Below are positions 1 to 13,408 of a DNA stretch of 64,000 nt, in pieces; position 1 is the first letter of the stretch, and each line of letters begins with the position of its first letter. The DNA lies in the NCBI GenBank assembly GCA_964035545.1, contig OZ037768.1:12471675-12535674 (forward strand), written 5' to 3'. This DNA is from Bugula neritina (Eukaryota > Animalia > Bryozoa). Made by a program: the position numbers and the translations under genes. The notes beneath the pieces were generated by a model that ran no database searches, had not been told where the DNA came from, and saw nothing but the letters and a program-made list of their open reading frames with translations.

Positions 1-78
1 TGATTGTTTTACTGCTATATATTAAATTTAAATGAGTTGAATAATATCCTAGTGCATTGAATTAGATATTTTTTTTAG

Positions 79-672
79 CTTTGGTACACCTGTTTGTTAT
101 AGGCTAACATTCCACCAATAGAAGAATGGTGCAAGTAGAAGAAATTTCAGGTGCAGAAAGCTAAGGAGCAGTCAGAATGCTGCCAGAGTTGTGAAGAGGC
201 ACTTGAAAAAGCTGAATTTCAATAATGACATGAAATTCGTAACAGATCACCCTGGTGTAATTGAACTGACATGGCCAGCAGAGTTCTCGAAGTCACATAC
301 AACAGCTATTTACATCATCATGGTTAGCTTAAATGTAATTCCTATATCAGTCTCTAATATATAGTTTGATATCTGCTGTAAATTCGCTTAAGGAGCATAC
401 ACATAACCAAAACTGAGTTACACTATAGTATTTGTTCTTGAATATATTTACCAAGATAAGTAGATTTGCTAATTCATTAACAGTAAAATTATAATGATAC
501 AACAATTTTTCTTTTAGATGATTCAATCAATAACACAAGACACTACAACATGGTTTTGCAGTTATAGAGTATTAATTTTCTGGCTCTTTCCAAATCTTCA
601 TAGAAGGCAAAGAAAACCACCGTCAGCTTGCCTTTATAACTGAGTGCACGCGTCTTCCACCTACAGATGATG
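79..672 (+). pseudogene. Degenerate coding remnant resembling the P2X7 cytoplasmic 'ballast'/nanor-like Zn domain
   Basis: Broken frames give ...EQSECCQS..., KFVTDHPG and WFCSYRVLIFWLFPNLHRRQRKPPSACLY. These recall the family pattern CC..E / CIT.HPGF / YR....W....L...R...P.C. Stops and frameshifts are present; recognised from motif memory only. Confidence 0.35.
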
Positions 673-3106
673 GTTAACAATTTGCTGGTGTGGAACTTTC
701 TAATTTTGTTTACAATGAAGATAGATTATAGGACATTATTCTTTATGTAAAGATTGTCAAGTTTTGTTATAATTAAGAACAGTTTTAGTTTCAATAAATC
801 AGTTCAACATTATGGACATCATTGCACAAACATTTTAATCTTTACTATCTACAAAGGTATCTGATGGACTACTTAAAAATACAAAACTATGCTCCAGATA
901 CACAATGCACTGACCAGCAAAGTTAAAATGAGTTGGAGATGTAAAACATAATATCTTGTTCAAGGCTTTTCCCTGCTGTTGGAACCTTCTACTTCAGAAC
1001 ACTGAATTGAACAAACATATGTAGATATATGAAACTTTGCAAAAAATAATAATGTGAAATTAGTTGCTAAGTATCACATTGCTAATAAATACAGCATTGT
1101 GTAATGTTTTATTTAATTTTTTTTTGAGCCATTGGATCTATAGGCCCGCATAGTATTTACTATATTATAACTAATAAATTGCAGACACATTATGTCAGAC
1201 CAGTTTCCATTTAAATAGAATAGTGTAGGCTATCAAATTTGTAGAAGTAAAAAACCGCATTCATATTTAGTAAAATACTTGCCTTTTTTTTCATGATGCC
1301 TCTACTGCTAAAAAGAGAAGTTTTTATCAATACAGCTCCATCAATCTGTATCCTGATGAAGCTAGTAGTTTAGGAACATTTGTGGGGGGGGGGAGTGTAG
1401 GCTGAGCTGCAGTATAGGAAAAACCCCAACATATGTAATCTATTCAGCACATTATATGTATATTTATTCAAAAAAGGATTTAGAAAATGCTTTATGAAGA
1501 GATGAACAAAGTAAAAATTAATGCTGGTGAAAGTAATATTATTACACCCATTAGAATTACTAGCAGCTATAGCATTAACATTATGTATTTTCATAAAAAT
1601 GTGTCTAATTTATGCTACAAAGTTATTACTGCCAAAGGTTACAAAATTTACCAGTCACATTCATGCAGCTGGCGGAGAATAACTAACTTTCACTTGCAAT
1701 AAATATTATATAATATATTGATAATTATTGGAATCATAATTATATTTATTGTTATGATCATTATGATTATAATTATTTAATATTATCTTTATGTTTGTAT
1801 TTAAAGTTGTTCCTTAAATTAAAAGTTGTTTAAGTTTTATAAATTTATTATAATTATATTTCTGTATAAGTATTAGTATAATTAAATTATTATAATTTAT
1901 ATTTTATTATTTATATTTATTTCACTTTTTATTTCAAGACCAGCAGTTCAAATTGAAATTAATACTTGTGTCGTTTGCTTTATATTATAACTTACAAGTA
2001 TAACTATTAACATAATAATATTACATTTGCTATTAGTATTACTATGAATATAAATATTTATATTAATATAGCTATCGGTATAACTTATAGTTAATAAGTT
2101 ATAGTTATACTTATAGTTATAACTAATATAACTATAAGTATAAGTATTAGTTTCGAAACTGATCCTGCTCCGTAACATTAACATACTGATACTGTCATAT
2201 GATTATCATTATGACTAATAATAGTATTAATAAATATAACCATTGAATATTATTAATAATAGTTCACCAATAGGCGATAGTCATAGACTTAGAGTGAGAG
2301 TCAATGTCATAGAAATAGAGTTAGACTAGTGACACTCATACTGATACTGATACTCATACTGTGATTCACTTTCAGTTACAAATTTCAAAACTTGGTTTTA
2401 CGTAGACAACTACTAACCTATAATTCATCACAAAACGGTTGAAAATCATCATTTACTGCATATTTAAGAGTAATTTTCTGGTAGTGTGGTCGACATGATA
2501 ATTGAAATTAAAATAGGGAAAATAATTATTTTGTGATTTACAGCAAGTTACAAACTAGCGAAATGAAATAGTCCATTTGAAAACAGTTAAATTAGTTACC
2601 TTTCTTGATGTTGCGTAGCTAACGTTAGTTATTAGTAGCCGCCCGAAGAGTAACATTCATGTGATTTGAGCTACGAATAACGAGAATCTGCGACAAACCC
2701 GCTTCTTAATAACTTTACGCGATATAAACTCACGCTACAATTGGGCTATTTTGCCATCCCCACGTCACGGAGGGCACGCTCGCGGGCAAGTCTGGGCAAG
2801 TCTAAGACACCTAATATGACCACTTTTACTTACATTTTTGTAGTGTTTTCGTATAAGAAATTGGGTAAAATGCTGATAAAACAGTTGAAAAGCATGCAAA
2901 CTTTTGCTCAAATGTAATAAATAACCTGGAAGCTTACCGCCTTTAATTTAGTAAACACTATATCATCTGTTTACTTTTTAACAATTTTTTACAGTTTAGC
3001 TACTAATTTATATAGTTTATTGGATTAAACTAATAAAATATCAACAAATACAGCTGAATAAGCAAGGTTCTCTTCTAGCTTTGCTTGATTTTCTGGTTTT
3101 CCCTAA

Positions 3107-3822
3107 TAGTCTAGAAGTAACCTCCCAAAAAGTGCTCAAAAAATTGGCTTATTACATTTTACTAGGTGGCCACTCAAATAAAGTTGTTTCAATATCAAAA
3201 TTTTGTGCTGATTTTGAATCTACAAACTCTAGAATTCTATCTCTACCCAAACTCAAGATATTGCAAAAAACAAATCGGCATTTGTGAATTGTGCAAAATA
3301 GTATCCAATTTTATCAAGCTATCTTGAAGAAAAAATATTTGTTGAAATACCAAAAATAATTGCTTCCTACTTAGAATTCTATGCTGATACTGAATTTAAA
3401 GACTGCAAGAGGCTATCTCAAATTATAACCAAGTTGTTTATATAAACATATATAGTCTAGAAGTAACCTCCCAAAAAGTGCTCAAACAATTGGATTATTA
3501 CACTTTACTAAATGGCCACTCAAAAAAATTTGTTTTTAGATCAGAATTCTGTGCTGATTCTGAATCTACAAATTTTAGAATTCTATCTCTACCCAAACTC
3601 AAGATATTGCAAAAAACAAATCGACGTCTTAGATGGGTGATAAAAAGAAATGTGGATTGTGCGAAATAGTATCCAATTTTATCAAGCTATCTTGAAGAAA
3701 AAATGTTTGCTGAAATACCAAAAGTAATTGCCTCTTACTTAGAATTCTATGCTGATAATGAATTAAAAAACTGCAAGACGCTATCTCAAATTATAACCAA
3801 GTTGTTTACGTAAACTTATATG
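3107..3822 (+). repeat. Tandem duplication of the transposon terminus (~346-bp period)
   Basis: tagtctagaagtaacctcccaaaaagtgctcaaa starts at both 3107 and 3453; the copies are colinear to about 3452 and 3822. Confidence 0.9.
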
Positions 3823-6697
3823 TTTGTTATGAATCGACATATTGCATGAGGCATAAGCATCCAGAATAATCATGTATGACCAAGCTATTTATACACAAAT
3901 AAAAATAAAGTCATGCTGATGTGTGAAAAAACTATATTTATAAAATTATAGTACAAAATAAATGTTGAAATGAATAAATATTGAAATCTTTTGAGCTCAG
4001 CCCAAGTGAACCATTTGCTAGTCTGTGGTAGCCGTTAAACGTCTGCAAAAATCAACAAGATTTTGTAAAATTATTTAGAGGAACAGAAGCATGAGAGATT
4101 ATCAAAATCAAATTGGTTGCAGCAAAATATATAACAAATGTTTAAAAATAGTGCTTTATTATGAAAAAGTATTCTCGCCACCATTGTCACTGCCATCAGT
4201 CTCATCAGCTTCTTCCCCAATATAGAGCTTCTTTTCAGACAATCCTTACATTGACAAACATCAGTGTATGCACTGCATTTGAAATTTCTGACATCCACAT
4301 CTTGATATGTTGCAGCTGGTCTTACAGGAGCAGTTTAAACTTTGCAATATACATGTTCAGGTACGGAAGCTTGAATCATCCACTTTATATTTATGTTGCC
4401 ATGATTCTCAACAATCTTTTCATAATGTTCTGGGGGTGGTCCATCAATATAGGCTGTTGTCGATCACCCTTCTCCAAATGGCTGCCTGATAATTTGCTCT
4501 TTTTACATGCAAATTTAGTTCATCTTTTGTTGGAGGCAAACTATATTAAGTTATTTTAGACGGTGAACGAAATACAGTGTATCAGACATTATCTATATAT
4601 GGATTTCCTGCTCCATAAAGCTTACAGACAAATTGTTCTACTTCAGCCGCTGTAATGGCTTACAGCTTAAAATACTTCCCAAGGTGTTCAAAGTTTCCCA
4701 TACATTATGGATATTTTCTCAAAAAAGAGTAGGCTGTGCGCTATCCTTTTCCATAAAAAGCACTATAGTCGAATAAAAACCTGTTAAAGCATGAAATCTA
4801 CCAAGTGCTGCACACAACTGCGGTTTGGATTTATTTGCTGCAATGTTGACATCCAAATATCTAATATGATTATGGTTTCCTCCCCGATAGACGCTATTTT
4901 TATTTTGTTACCATATAATTATTATAGTAATATTACCTATATAACTGATGAATTGGTTGCTAATATGCTAATAGTTATATGTAGCTAATACATATATACT
5001 AATACTAATACTAATATGGTAATACATTAATAATAGACACTATCTTTAAAGGATACTTATTAGCAAAATATATTTTTAAACAACAGACAAGATGTATAAA
5101 ATAATATACAAAATTAATAAGTTAATGCAAATCAAAAGAATTTATTTATGTGCTAAATAACAAGCAATTGATCCAAGTTTATTTAAATATACATATATTT
5201 CAATAATATTAAAATAAGTTGCACATGAAAATACATTTTACCAAAATAAATAACTAGCGTCTAAGTAAGAAATTTAGTCTAGCCTCTATCTGGCATGACA
5301 CCATGATTACCACAGCAGTGAAAAAAAATAATTGGTAAGAAGGTAATGTTTTGCAAATAGCGAGACTTGGGATGAAAGATTGAGATTTGATTATTACACG
5401 TGAGATTATGATGTTCATAAGATATTTTGCATGTAACAAAGTTTGTGTATCTGCTTCCTCATGATCTAATTGTAAGCATTTGAGTTGTGCTTTCTTAGGA
5501 ATTCCACCATGTTTGGTGAAATTGTAGCGAATGCAATTTTTTTTGGTATGCATCAACTATAATAACAATATTGTTCTCTAAAACATTTTTACTCCATGTT
5601 TCACACAAAAATGCACCAGTCTCAAACTCAGCTTATTTTATTTGCTGATTAGAAATTATTATTTTTGTAACAAATGGCACACATGAAAAAAGTACATGCC
5701 TATGATCTTTGAATGAGGCAGCCCAAGATCATATTCATAATGGGTGGTCTAAATATAACCATATATATTAAAAAATATATGAAAGCTTTAGGGTATTTCT
5801 TCTGTAACTATAACTGAGATAAATTGGCTCTATAGTCATTATATCAAGATAGTATAAAAATATGCATTTTAACCAATAGCCTTGTTTTAAAAACCAAATT
5901 GCTTATGTGTATATAGTTCTGCCTAAATTTATTAGCGAAGCTCAATTTTACACATTTAAAATATTATCTTCCGGAGTCCAGATCAACCAGCTCATGCTTC
6001 TCATTACTTTTTTTGTAAAAGTAGTTATTATATAATAAAAATGGTGAAGAAAATCATTATCAGACACAGCTTTACTTATAATTTGCCTTTTTTATAGCCG
6101 ATCAATAATAATGTTAGCCTTATAACTAATAAACCCATTCCTTTGCTTGTTTTCATCCATATAATCCACCTTTTTCAGATTTTTTCACAAGAAAATCACT
6201 AGAAATAAACTCAGAGAAGTGAAAAACACATCTATGATTATCTGCAAAAGTTTTTGCTTGTATATATTATAATAGGCTAGCTTCAATAATTTCAAGATAA
6301 TATTTAATGGATTTGGACAAAGTTGTGGGGAAACAACTCCAATAACATTTTAAAGAGTTTTTGTGACTAACTGGGTGGACATAAAAATTTAGAGTTTTTA
6401 TAAAAGAAAAGTGAAAAAAGTATCTATAATTATCAGCAAATTCATTTTGCTTATATAAAATAAATTAGCTTGAATAATTCCAAAATATTTAGCAGATTTA
6501 CAAAAACGTTAAGAGAAAACAACTCCTGATCAATATTAAAAGTTTGAAGCGCTTTTGTGGCTAACTGGGTGCACAGAACAGTCTAGAGTTTTCACAGATT
6601 AATTAGGACCCTTCAAACTTTCTATTTCTAAAAAAATTGCGTGGCCACCCCTCGAAGTGTAATGAGTGAAAGATAATTGGAGGTTACTTCTAGACTA
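3107..6697 (-). mobile_element. Degenerate Academ-type (XPG-domain) DNA transposon
   Basis: TIR TAGTCTAGAAGTAACCTCC at 3107, with its inverse ending at 6697; 3-bp TSD TAA (3104-3106 and 6698-6700). Minus-strand remnants: DHEEADTQTLLHA (~5470-5430), HALTG (~4790), LPPTKDELNLHVKRANYQAAIWRR (~4540-4470) and a Cys-rich tail CSAYTDVCQCKDC (~4280-4240). Confidence 0.8.
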
Positions 6698-8023
6698 TAA
6701 CTTTTTAGGAAATTGGGCATGAAACTTGATGCTTTTTTAGTGAAGTGATAAAAAAGCATCAAGTTTCACACCCAAATTACTGAAACATTAGGGAAAATTA
6801 GAAAATCAAGCAAAATAGAAAAGAACCGTGCCTATACATGCTTGCTGTCGCTGTATCTGTATCAGTTGTCGCAAGTTCTTGCACGATATCCTCTGATGGC
6901 ATATTGTCATCTATACTACTGCAAAATAAATTACTTGATGTGTATTAAATAATTTTATAATTTTAAAGTTTGTTTGTTGAAAAAATAAATAAACTACTTA
7001 ACGTAAAGACAAACCAACCTTTCTGCACCACTCCTATTATCCACGAAGCTGAACAATTGAAAAAAGGCCATTTTGGCGGTTCAATCGGACTAGAGCCACT
7101 GGGTACTTTTAACTGTTTTCTTTTCAGTCTCACGTAGGTGTCCCGCAGGTTCCGATACTTCAGAGCACATGCTTTTTCTAAAGATTATAAAAGTCAAAAG
7201 TAAACTTGAAAGTGGTAGATTAAATATCTGATTACAATAGACATAATTACTTCATTAAACTGATAAACTACCATCAAATAAATTTCCTAATTCTTTGCTA
7301 ACATCTTTCCAGTTATTTTCTTTCACAGTTTTATACATGTAGTGTTTATGATTTTTGTTCCACAAGCATGGTCTTTCCCTGACCTGAAATTAGAACAACA
7401 AATAGTATAAATGATAAATTGAACCATTATTACGTGTTGGATGATGTGCAGTAGTGACCAACACTAGTATCACTATGACATTCACATTGACTGATTGAGT
7501 TCGACTATCACTATGAGTATGAGTATTGCCAATAAGTATAACTGAATCTGAATGACTAACTTTGAATGAATGACATAGTGAAACTCACGGAGAAATTGAA
7601 AAAGTGCCATTTTTTATCACAAATTTTATAAGAATTGTAAAGAAAATTACTCACTGCATTAATCAACTTCTCTTGCCAGTTCATTTTTATCTATAAAATG
7701 TTGTTTACATCAATTTGACTATTCTGAATAGCAGAAACATCCACAGAAAGTAGAAAACTTACGCGGCTAGAAATGTTGCTTTTTAAATATTACTCGCCAT
7801 ACAACAAATAATGCGCAATTTAATGGAAAGAGTAGCAAATTAGGAAAACCGGGCTCGCTAAATAACTACCAGCCAATTAGGTAAGGACGACAGAAAAGTC
7901 TTCGCATTTGCCGTTCAGCATTTTCAACGCATGAAATTCGCGTACAGTAAACTCCTTTTTTAACTTTTGCGACATTTCGCACACGACGAGTGCGAAAATA
8001 CGCGTCGTGTGGCCCTAGGCTAA

Positions 8024-8222
8024 GTCTTTTATTTATATTTTCTGGCAGGTTTTTCGATACTGCAGGTGGATGGTGACTTTGCTTGTGTACATAGAGGATA
8101 GTGTTTCCTGGTTTTGTATATGGTTTGTAGGATTGGTTAATTAGGTTGAATGTTACATCTAGGAAGTTTACAACTTTTTTATTAGCTTTTATTGTAATTG
8201 AAAGATTGAATTTTTTAAAAAA
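8024..8222 (-). mobile_element. Penelope-like element fragment (RT C-terminal region)
   Basis: The minus strand reads ...VVNFLDVTFNLINQSYKPYTKPGNTILYVHKQSHHPPAVSKNLPENINK. It overlaps, and extends upstream of, the 5' truncation point of the 21.2-22.3 kb element. Confidence 0.8.
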
Positions 8223-8539
8223 GTTTGAATTGAATTGAATAGACTTTATTATTGCGAATTATACAAGAAATAAAACTGTTAACACTAGTACACACGATTG
8301 CATAACATAGAGTGATTTACACACTACTTTACATTATTAGAACTTGATTCACTCTGCCAGCTACGCTGCCTAACAAGCTTCCACTACACATTTGCAGCTC
8401 CGCCCACTAATTAATTGTTAGTCACATCCCATTGGTCAACAAGGTGGTGCCATCCTAATGACATGATGCTGGCTGCATCATTTAACTGTCCGAGCTAAAG
8501 TTATCCTTTCGATATAACTAATATGATACTAAAACTCTT

Positions 8540-8703
<164 letters not shown>

Positions 8704-8705
8704 AA

Positions 8706-8752
8706 TCTGTGGACAGCAGCTGTTTCGGAATTTGTCCCCTCATCAGCACAGA
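8706..8752 (-). ncRNA. Type I hammerhead ribozyme
   Basis: Minus strand: UCUGUG CUGAUGA GGGG-ACAAA-UUCC GAAA CAG-CUG-CUG UC^CACAGA. Complete core, 6-bp stem I, GUC cleavage triplet. Confidence 0.88.
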
Positions 8753-8976
8753 ACAGAGTACCATGGCCCACACCTTCGCAATAGTAAAACTTATAGTTTT
8801 ACTAAAGCATATTTAAAAGGTGTGTAAACTCAAGCCAGAGTGCTCAAGTGACTCTAGGGGTCACCTAGGAGTCCTGAGCATTGCAAAATGCTAGCAGCTT
8901 GAGTTTGTGACCATGGTGAGAGTGCTCAATCATTTAATGTCATTGCTGAGCATTAAATGAGAGCGTAATATCTCAA

Positions 8977-9023
8977 TCTGTGGACAGCAGCTGTTTCGGG
9001 ATTTGTCCCCTCATCAGCACAGA
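8977..9023 (-). ncRNA. Type I hammerhead ribozyme (second copy)
   Basis: Same fold, with stem II GGGG-ACAAA-UCCC. The single difference from the first copy is a pairing-compatible G-U/G-C change. Confidence 0.88.
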
Positions 9024-9119
9024 ACAGAGTACCATGGCCCACACCTTCGCAATAGTAAAACTTATAATATATGTATATATATATATGTGTATATATATAT
9101 ATGTGTATATATATATATA

Positions 9120-9235
<116 letters not shown>

Positions 9236-9674
9236 TATATATATGTGTGTGTGTATATATATATGTATGTTTCACAGAGAAAAACAGTAGACAGACTGCA
9301 TGAGCTTATCATATTGTGCTACTAAAGGGGGGGAGGAGGGGGTGCAGGGCTAAACGTATATGTGTATGTGATTGAGTGTTCACAAGATTTTGGGCAGTAA
9401 TGCATAGCTATGCTAATAAATAGTCTACAAGCAGCTATACCTGCCTGTTTATTGCTATACACTCACTATAATATACCTACTGAAACATTCTTCAACTATA
9501 TAAGAAAAAGAAAAACTGTCACCCATGTACTGATGCATTTAGTAGCCTATAACATTTCTATATATAAAATTTCACCTCTGATTGTGTTATCAGTCCTTGG
9601 TAACAAATTTTTTGTTTAACACAAGACCTATTTAACAGAAAACAATTATTCGTGGTCATATACACAGATTTTAA

Positions 9675-10410
9675 CACTAATACTAACAGCAATACCTCCA
9701 CTACAACCGAAAACTTTCTAGTACTAGTAGTAGCACTACTAGTAGTAGTAGTATTACTATTAATGTTACTATTAGTAATACTGTATTAGTAATACTGTAT
9801 TAGTATTAGCAGTAGCAGTAACAGTATCGGTAGTAGTACTACTGATACTAGTAGTAGGCTAGTGCTAGAGAGTGAGAGTAAACTGTAGAGTACCTATACT
9901 CATTACAGGTACTACTGGCTGAACCTGTAAAACTAGACTGGTACTCTACAGAGTAAAGTCTACTCTCAGTCTCTAGGCCTAGTAGGTAGATGAATACTCT
10001 ATTGTCTATCATCACTCTGCCTTTCTAGTACTAGTAGTAGTACTAGTACTACTAATAGCAGTACTACTACTAGTAGTAATACTACTGCTACTGTCTCTGT
10101 TACTGCTACTACTAATACTAGCACTACTATTACTACTGCTACTACTAATGCTACTGCTACTACTAATACTACTGCAGTAGCAGTAGTGGTTGTAATACTA
10201 CTATTGCTGCTACTATTGCTACTACTAATACTACTGCAGTAGCAGTAGTGGTTGTGATACTACTATTGCTGCTACTATTGCTACTACTAATACTAATATT
10301 ATTACTATAACTAATATTAGTAATACTACTAGTACTACTACTAGTATTACTATTAGTAATACTACTACTAGTACTATTAGGAATAGTAATAATATTACTA
10401 TTACTACTAA
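9675..10410. repeat. (ACT)n/(AGT)n-type low-complexity tract
   Basis: Degenerate tac/tag trinucleotide runs; similar tracts precede units 2 and 3 (26520-26905; 52180-52224 plus 60441-61440). Confidence 0.9.
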
Positions 10411-13408
10411 CTAACTAGGCATTAAATATAATTCTACAATTTTAAGTAACTTCTTTTTCTCAAATTTTGATGATTAGTTATAAATATAAAATTTAGTAGT
10501 CCTGTAATGAAGTACCATTGCATGGTGATAATAATTTTGATATGTTGTGATAATTGCTGAAGACTTGAACTAATAGTATAATAGTGATATCAATAGTAGT
10601 CTTTGTGAACTCGTAAACTTCTTTGTAAAACCTACTGTGATTTCTGTCTGTTTATATAATGTGTGTGCAATTGTGTGCATTGCTAAATTAAATATTTAGT
10701 ATATTCATGTTTAGTTCCATCATTTTTTGCAATTGCTATGTTAATTCCTTTGTCATGAATACTATTGAGCTGCTGCCAATTGTATCATATTATGGGTTGA
10801 AGTACAGACGGCAGCTTCACTGAAAGAGGACCATAGGGACACAATCTCAACCCGACTTTGCAGGGAATTTGTTGACTCATTCTCTTTCTACTTTTTTGGT
10901 GCAAATCATGAGGTTGTCTCTAAATGTTGGTTTATTTTCAGTGAAAATAATAAATGATTATATTTTTATATTTGTATCATGTGTTAAAAGATAACTTGTA
11001 ATATCTTACACTGGTTAAAGTGGAGAATATATGAGGTATTTTTTGTTTTGTAGTATATATCAGAGAGTTTTTTTGTTATCACAATACAGCACCTTTATTA
11101 TTTGACAACAGAATTTATTTCATAACTCTAAGTGCTTGCATGTGATAACATTATACTCCTTATTTTCAGACAACCAATGATGATATTATGGGTAATAAGA
11201 CATGTTGATTGTACCCAGATCTGATGAGAAGAAAGTTCTATTCTACCAACTCAACTGAACAGGTAATATGTATATAGTAGGAGTTGTGTCCCTCCTATGA
11301 CATTTTGTAAGCTAATGCAGTCCATGCTTCAGACTTGTCCGTTATATTATATCAAGTAGGGACAACTTCAGAACTTTCCGATTCTTGAAAATCAAAACCA
11401 AAGCAAGACTAAGTGGAAATGTTGAAAAACCTGTCAAGGTGATAGCATAGGCTAACACTGTTTTGACCAATAAAATTTGTCAATTCAATTACTGTGACAT
11501 CACACACAAGAACTAGTTCAGCTTTTCTCAGCTTCCATTTTTGTCTAATTCAACTTAACCTTTTTGTCAGGTATGTTTATCCTGTCAAACTCATTACTTT
11601 TCTTTCAGTTTCTTCCCCAAGCCTTGGTTTATATTACTGGTTTTGATATCTCATAAGCAACTAGTAATCATGATACAATATTCTACTGTTTTGAATAATA
11701 TCTATTCATCTAAAGTTGTCTCCTCACTTCTTTTATCTTTCATATTAGGAAAGTAGACTGAGTAGAATAAGAAGTAGTTTCTACAGAAGACGCATCTAGT
11801 TGTTTTGTTGACAAAGTGACAAGTGAAAAGACAGCTGATTGGGCAGTTCTCCTGACCTAGTAACACTGGTTGGTTGTGTACATTACCATCCCATTCATAC
11901 ATCTGTTATTGTAGAATTGTTGATAATATTATCCATCATACAGTACTGGTGACTCTGTAGTAGCAGTTATTGTATATTATCTGCCTTATAAAACTGAATA
12001 TTCCATAGTACTTGCTTTCTATTAACAATTAAAAACAGTTCATCATATATAGTATATACCTTTCAAGACTAATATATAGTTTACTCTATACTACTTCTAG
12101 TAGTATATTGTCAGCATGTTTTAGGACTTGCAAATCAGTTTCAAAATTAGTCATGTGACATGTTGGCACCAGTCAAGCAGCCTGGTTTTCTTTTGCATTC
12201 TTTGATAATATGAAAAGGTTGACCATTAGTGATAAACTTAAATCACTAATAACATGTCACGTCACCCTTCACTACTTATATATTTACCAATTGATTATTG
12301 ATATGCCGTATTCTTGTTAAAAATGTCGCATATGAGAATCGATCTATTCACCTAAGTTAGGGGAAGAGGTGTGGAATGGTAATAGGTGTACAAAAAGATA
12401 ACTCTCTCACAGGTTATTGAATTGTAACTCTGGTCATTTTTCATATATTATGTATGTTATATTACAGTAATAGACTTTTAATAAGTTCATTGATCTTAGT
12501 TCGTTTATAATTACATTTACCATTGAAAATTTAGCACTGTTATAATTTACTCAAGTTGCAGACGGCCTCACATGCTCCAATAGATAAGTAAATAGGAAAA
12601 CATGCTGAATATAGTACTGCTTTCTTAATTGTTCTTATATTAGGTTTTTAAAAACCTGCAATGAAAAGGTTATTCGAAAATTCATTAACTTAAATCCTGC
12701 AGGTACCAAATTTATATGAATTTCAATAATTTTTTATTAATATTTAAATTAAATACAAACTGTCTGCCACTTTGTAAATTATGGACAACCTGCAGTTGTT
12801 GCATATAAGTCATAATAATAAGATATTGAAGTTAATGTAATAGTAAATTTAAATATTTGCTAAATTTAAATTGGGATACCATTGTTGTATGACATCACAA
12901 TCATAATACTACCCACAACAAAAACTGCTTACATCATAATTGTTAGTCTACATTTCTATTGAAAATATTATTGTTTTGATATTATGTTGAATGTTAATAT
13001 GCTTATACTGAGAAAATGATATTAGAATTATTCAGAAGCTTTCGGGCCTCAATTACCAATTTGGGTAAGTTTTGCATGAAAATCATCTTGCCATCATTAT
13101 AAACAATCAGGCAGAAGTTTAAATATTTTCATTAAAGTGTTTGCACACAGTAAAATACACATCAATCTGGTGAATATAGTCCCATTAGAGGAAGATGAAA
13201 CAGTATTACTAATTTTTTTTACGTACTATTTTGTTTTGGGCAAAGGGATACAGTAAATCTAGTAACTAGGATCTAGGCATAAAGTTAAAAGATCGGCTAA
13301 TGGTGTGTTTGATATTTTGAAGTGGTATTCAATTTCCATAGACCTCTTTAAATCAGATTGTAAAATGAATCTATCTAAGTTTATACATGACAGTATTGTC
13401 ACTTCTAG

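Larger units (their letters stand above)
3049..6843. mobile_element. Palindromic MITE (~200 bp) split by the Academ-type insertion
   Basis: Joining 3049-3106 to 6698-6843 gives an imperfect hairpin: gcaaggttctcttctagctttgcttgattttct...ccctaa pairs with ttagggaaaattagaaaatcaagcaaaatagaaaagaaccgtgc, and gaaacttgatgctttttt pairs with aaaaaagcatcaagtttc. Confidence 0.6.

Noticed and set aside
7740-8022. Harbinger-like MITE end (cgtcgtgtggccctaggctaa)
   Set aside because: Only one convincing terminus; no partner TIR or TSD found.
11221-11245. CTGATGA..GAAA as a hammerhead (also 27945, 62473, 34397 and minus-strand 22598-22620)
   Set aside because: No pairable stem II, or no stems I/III around the core words.
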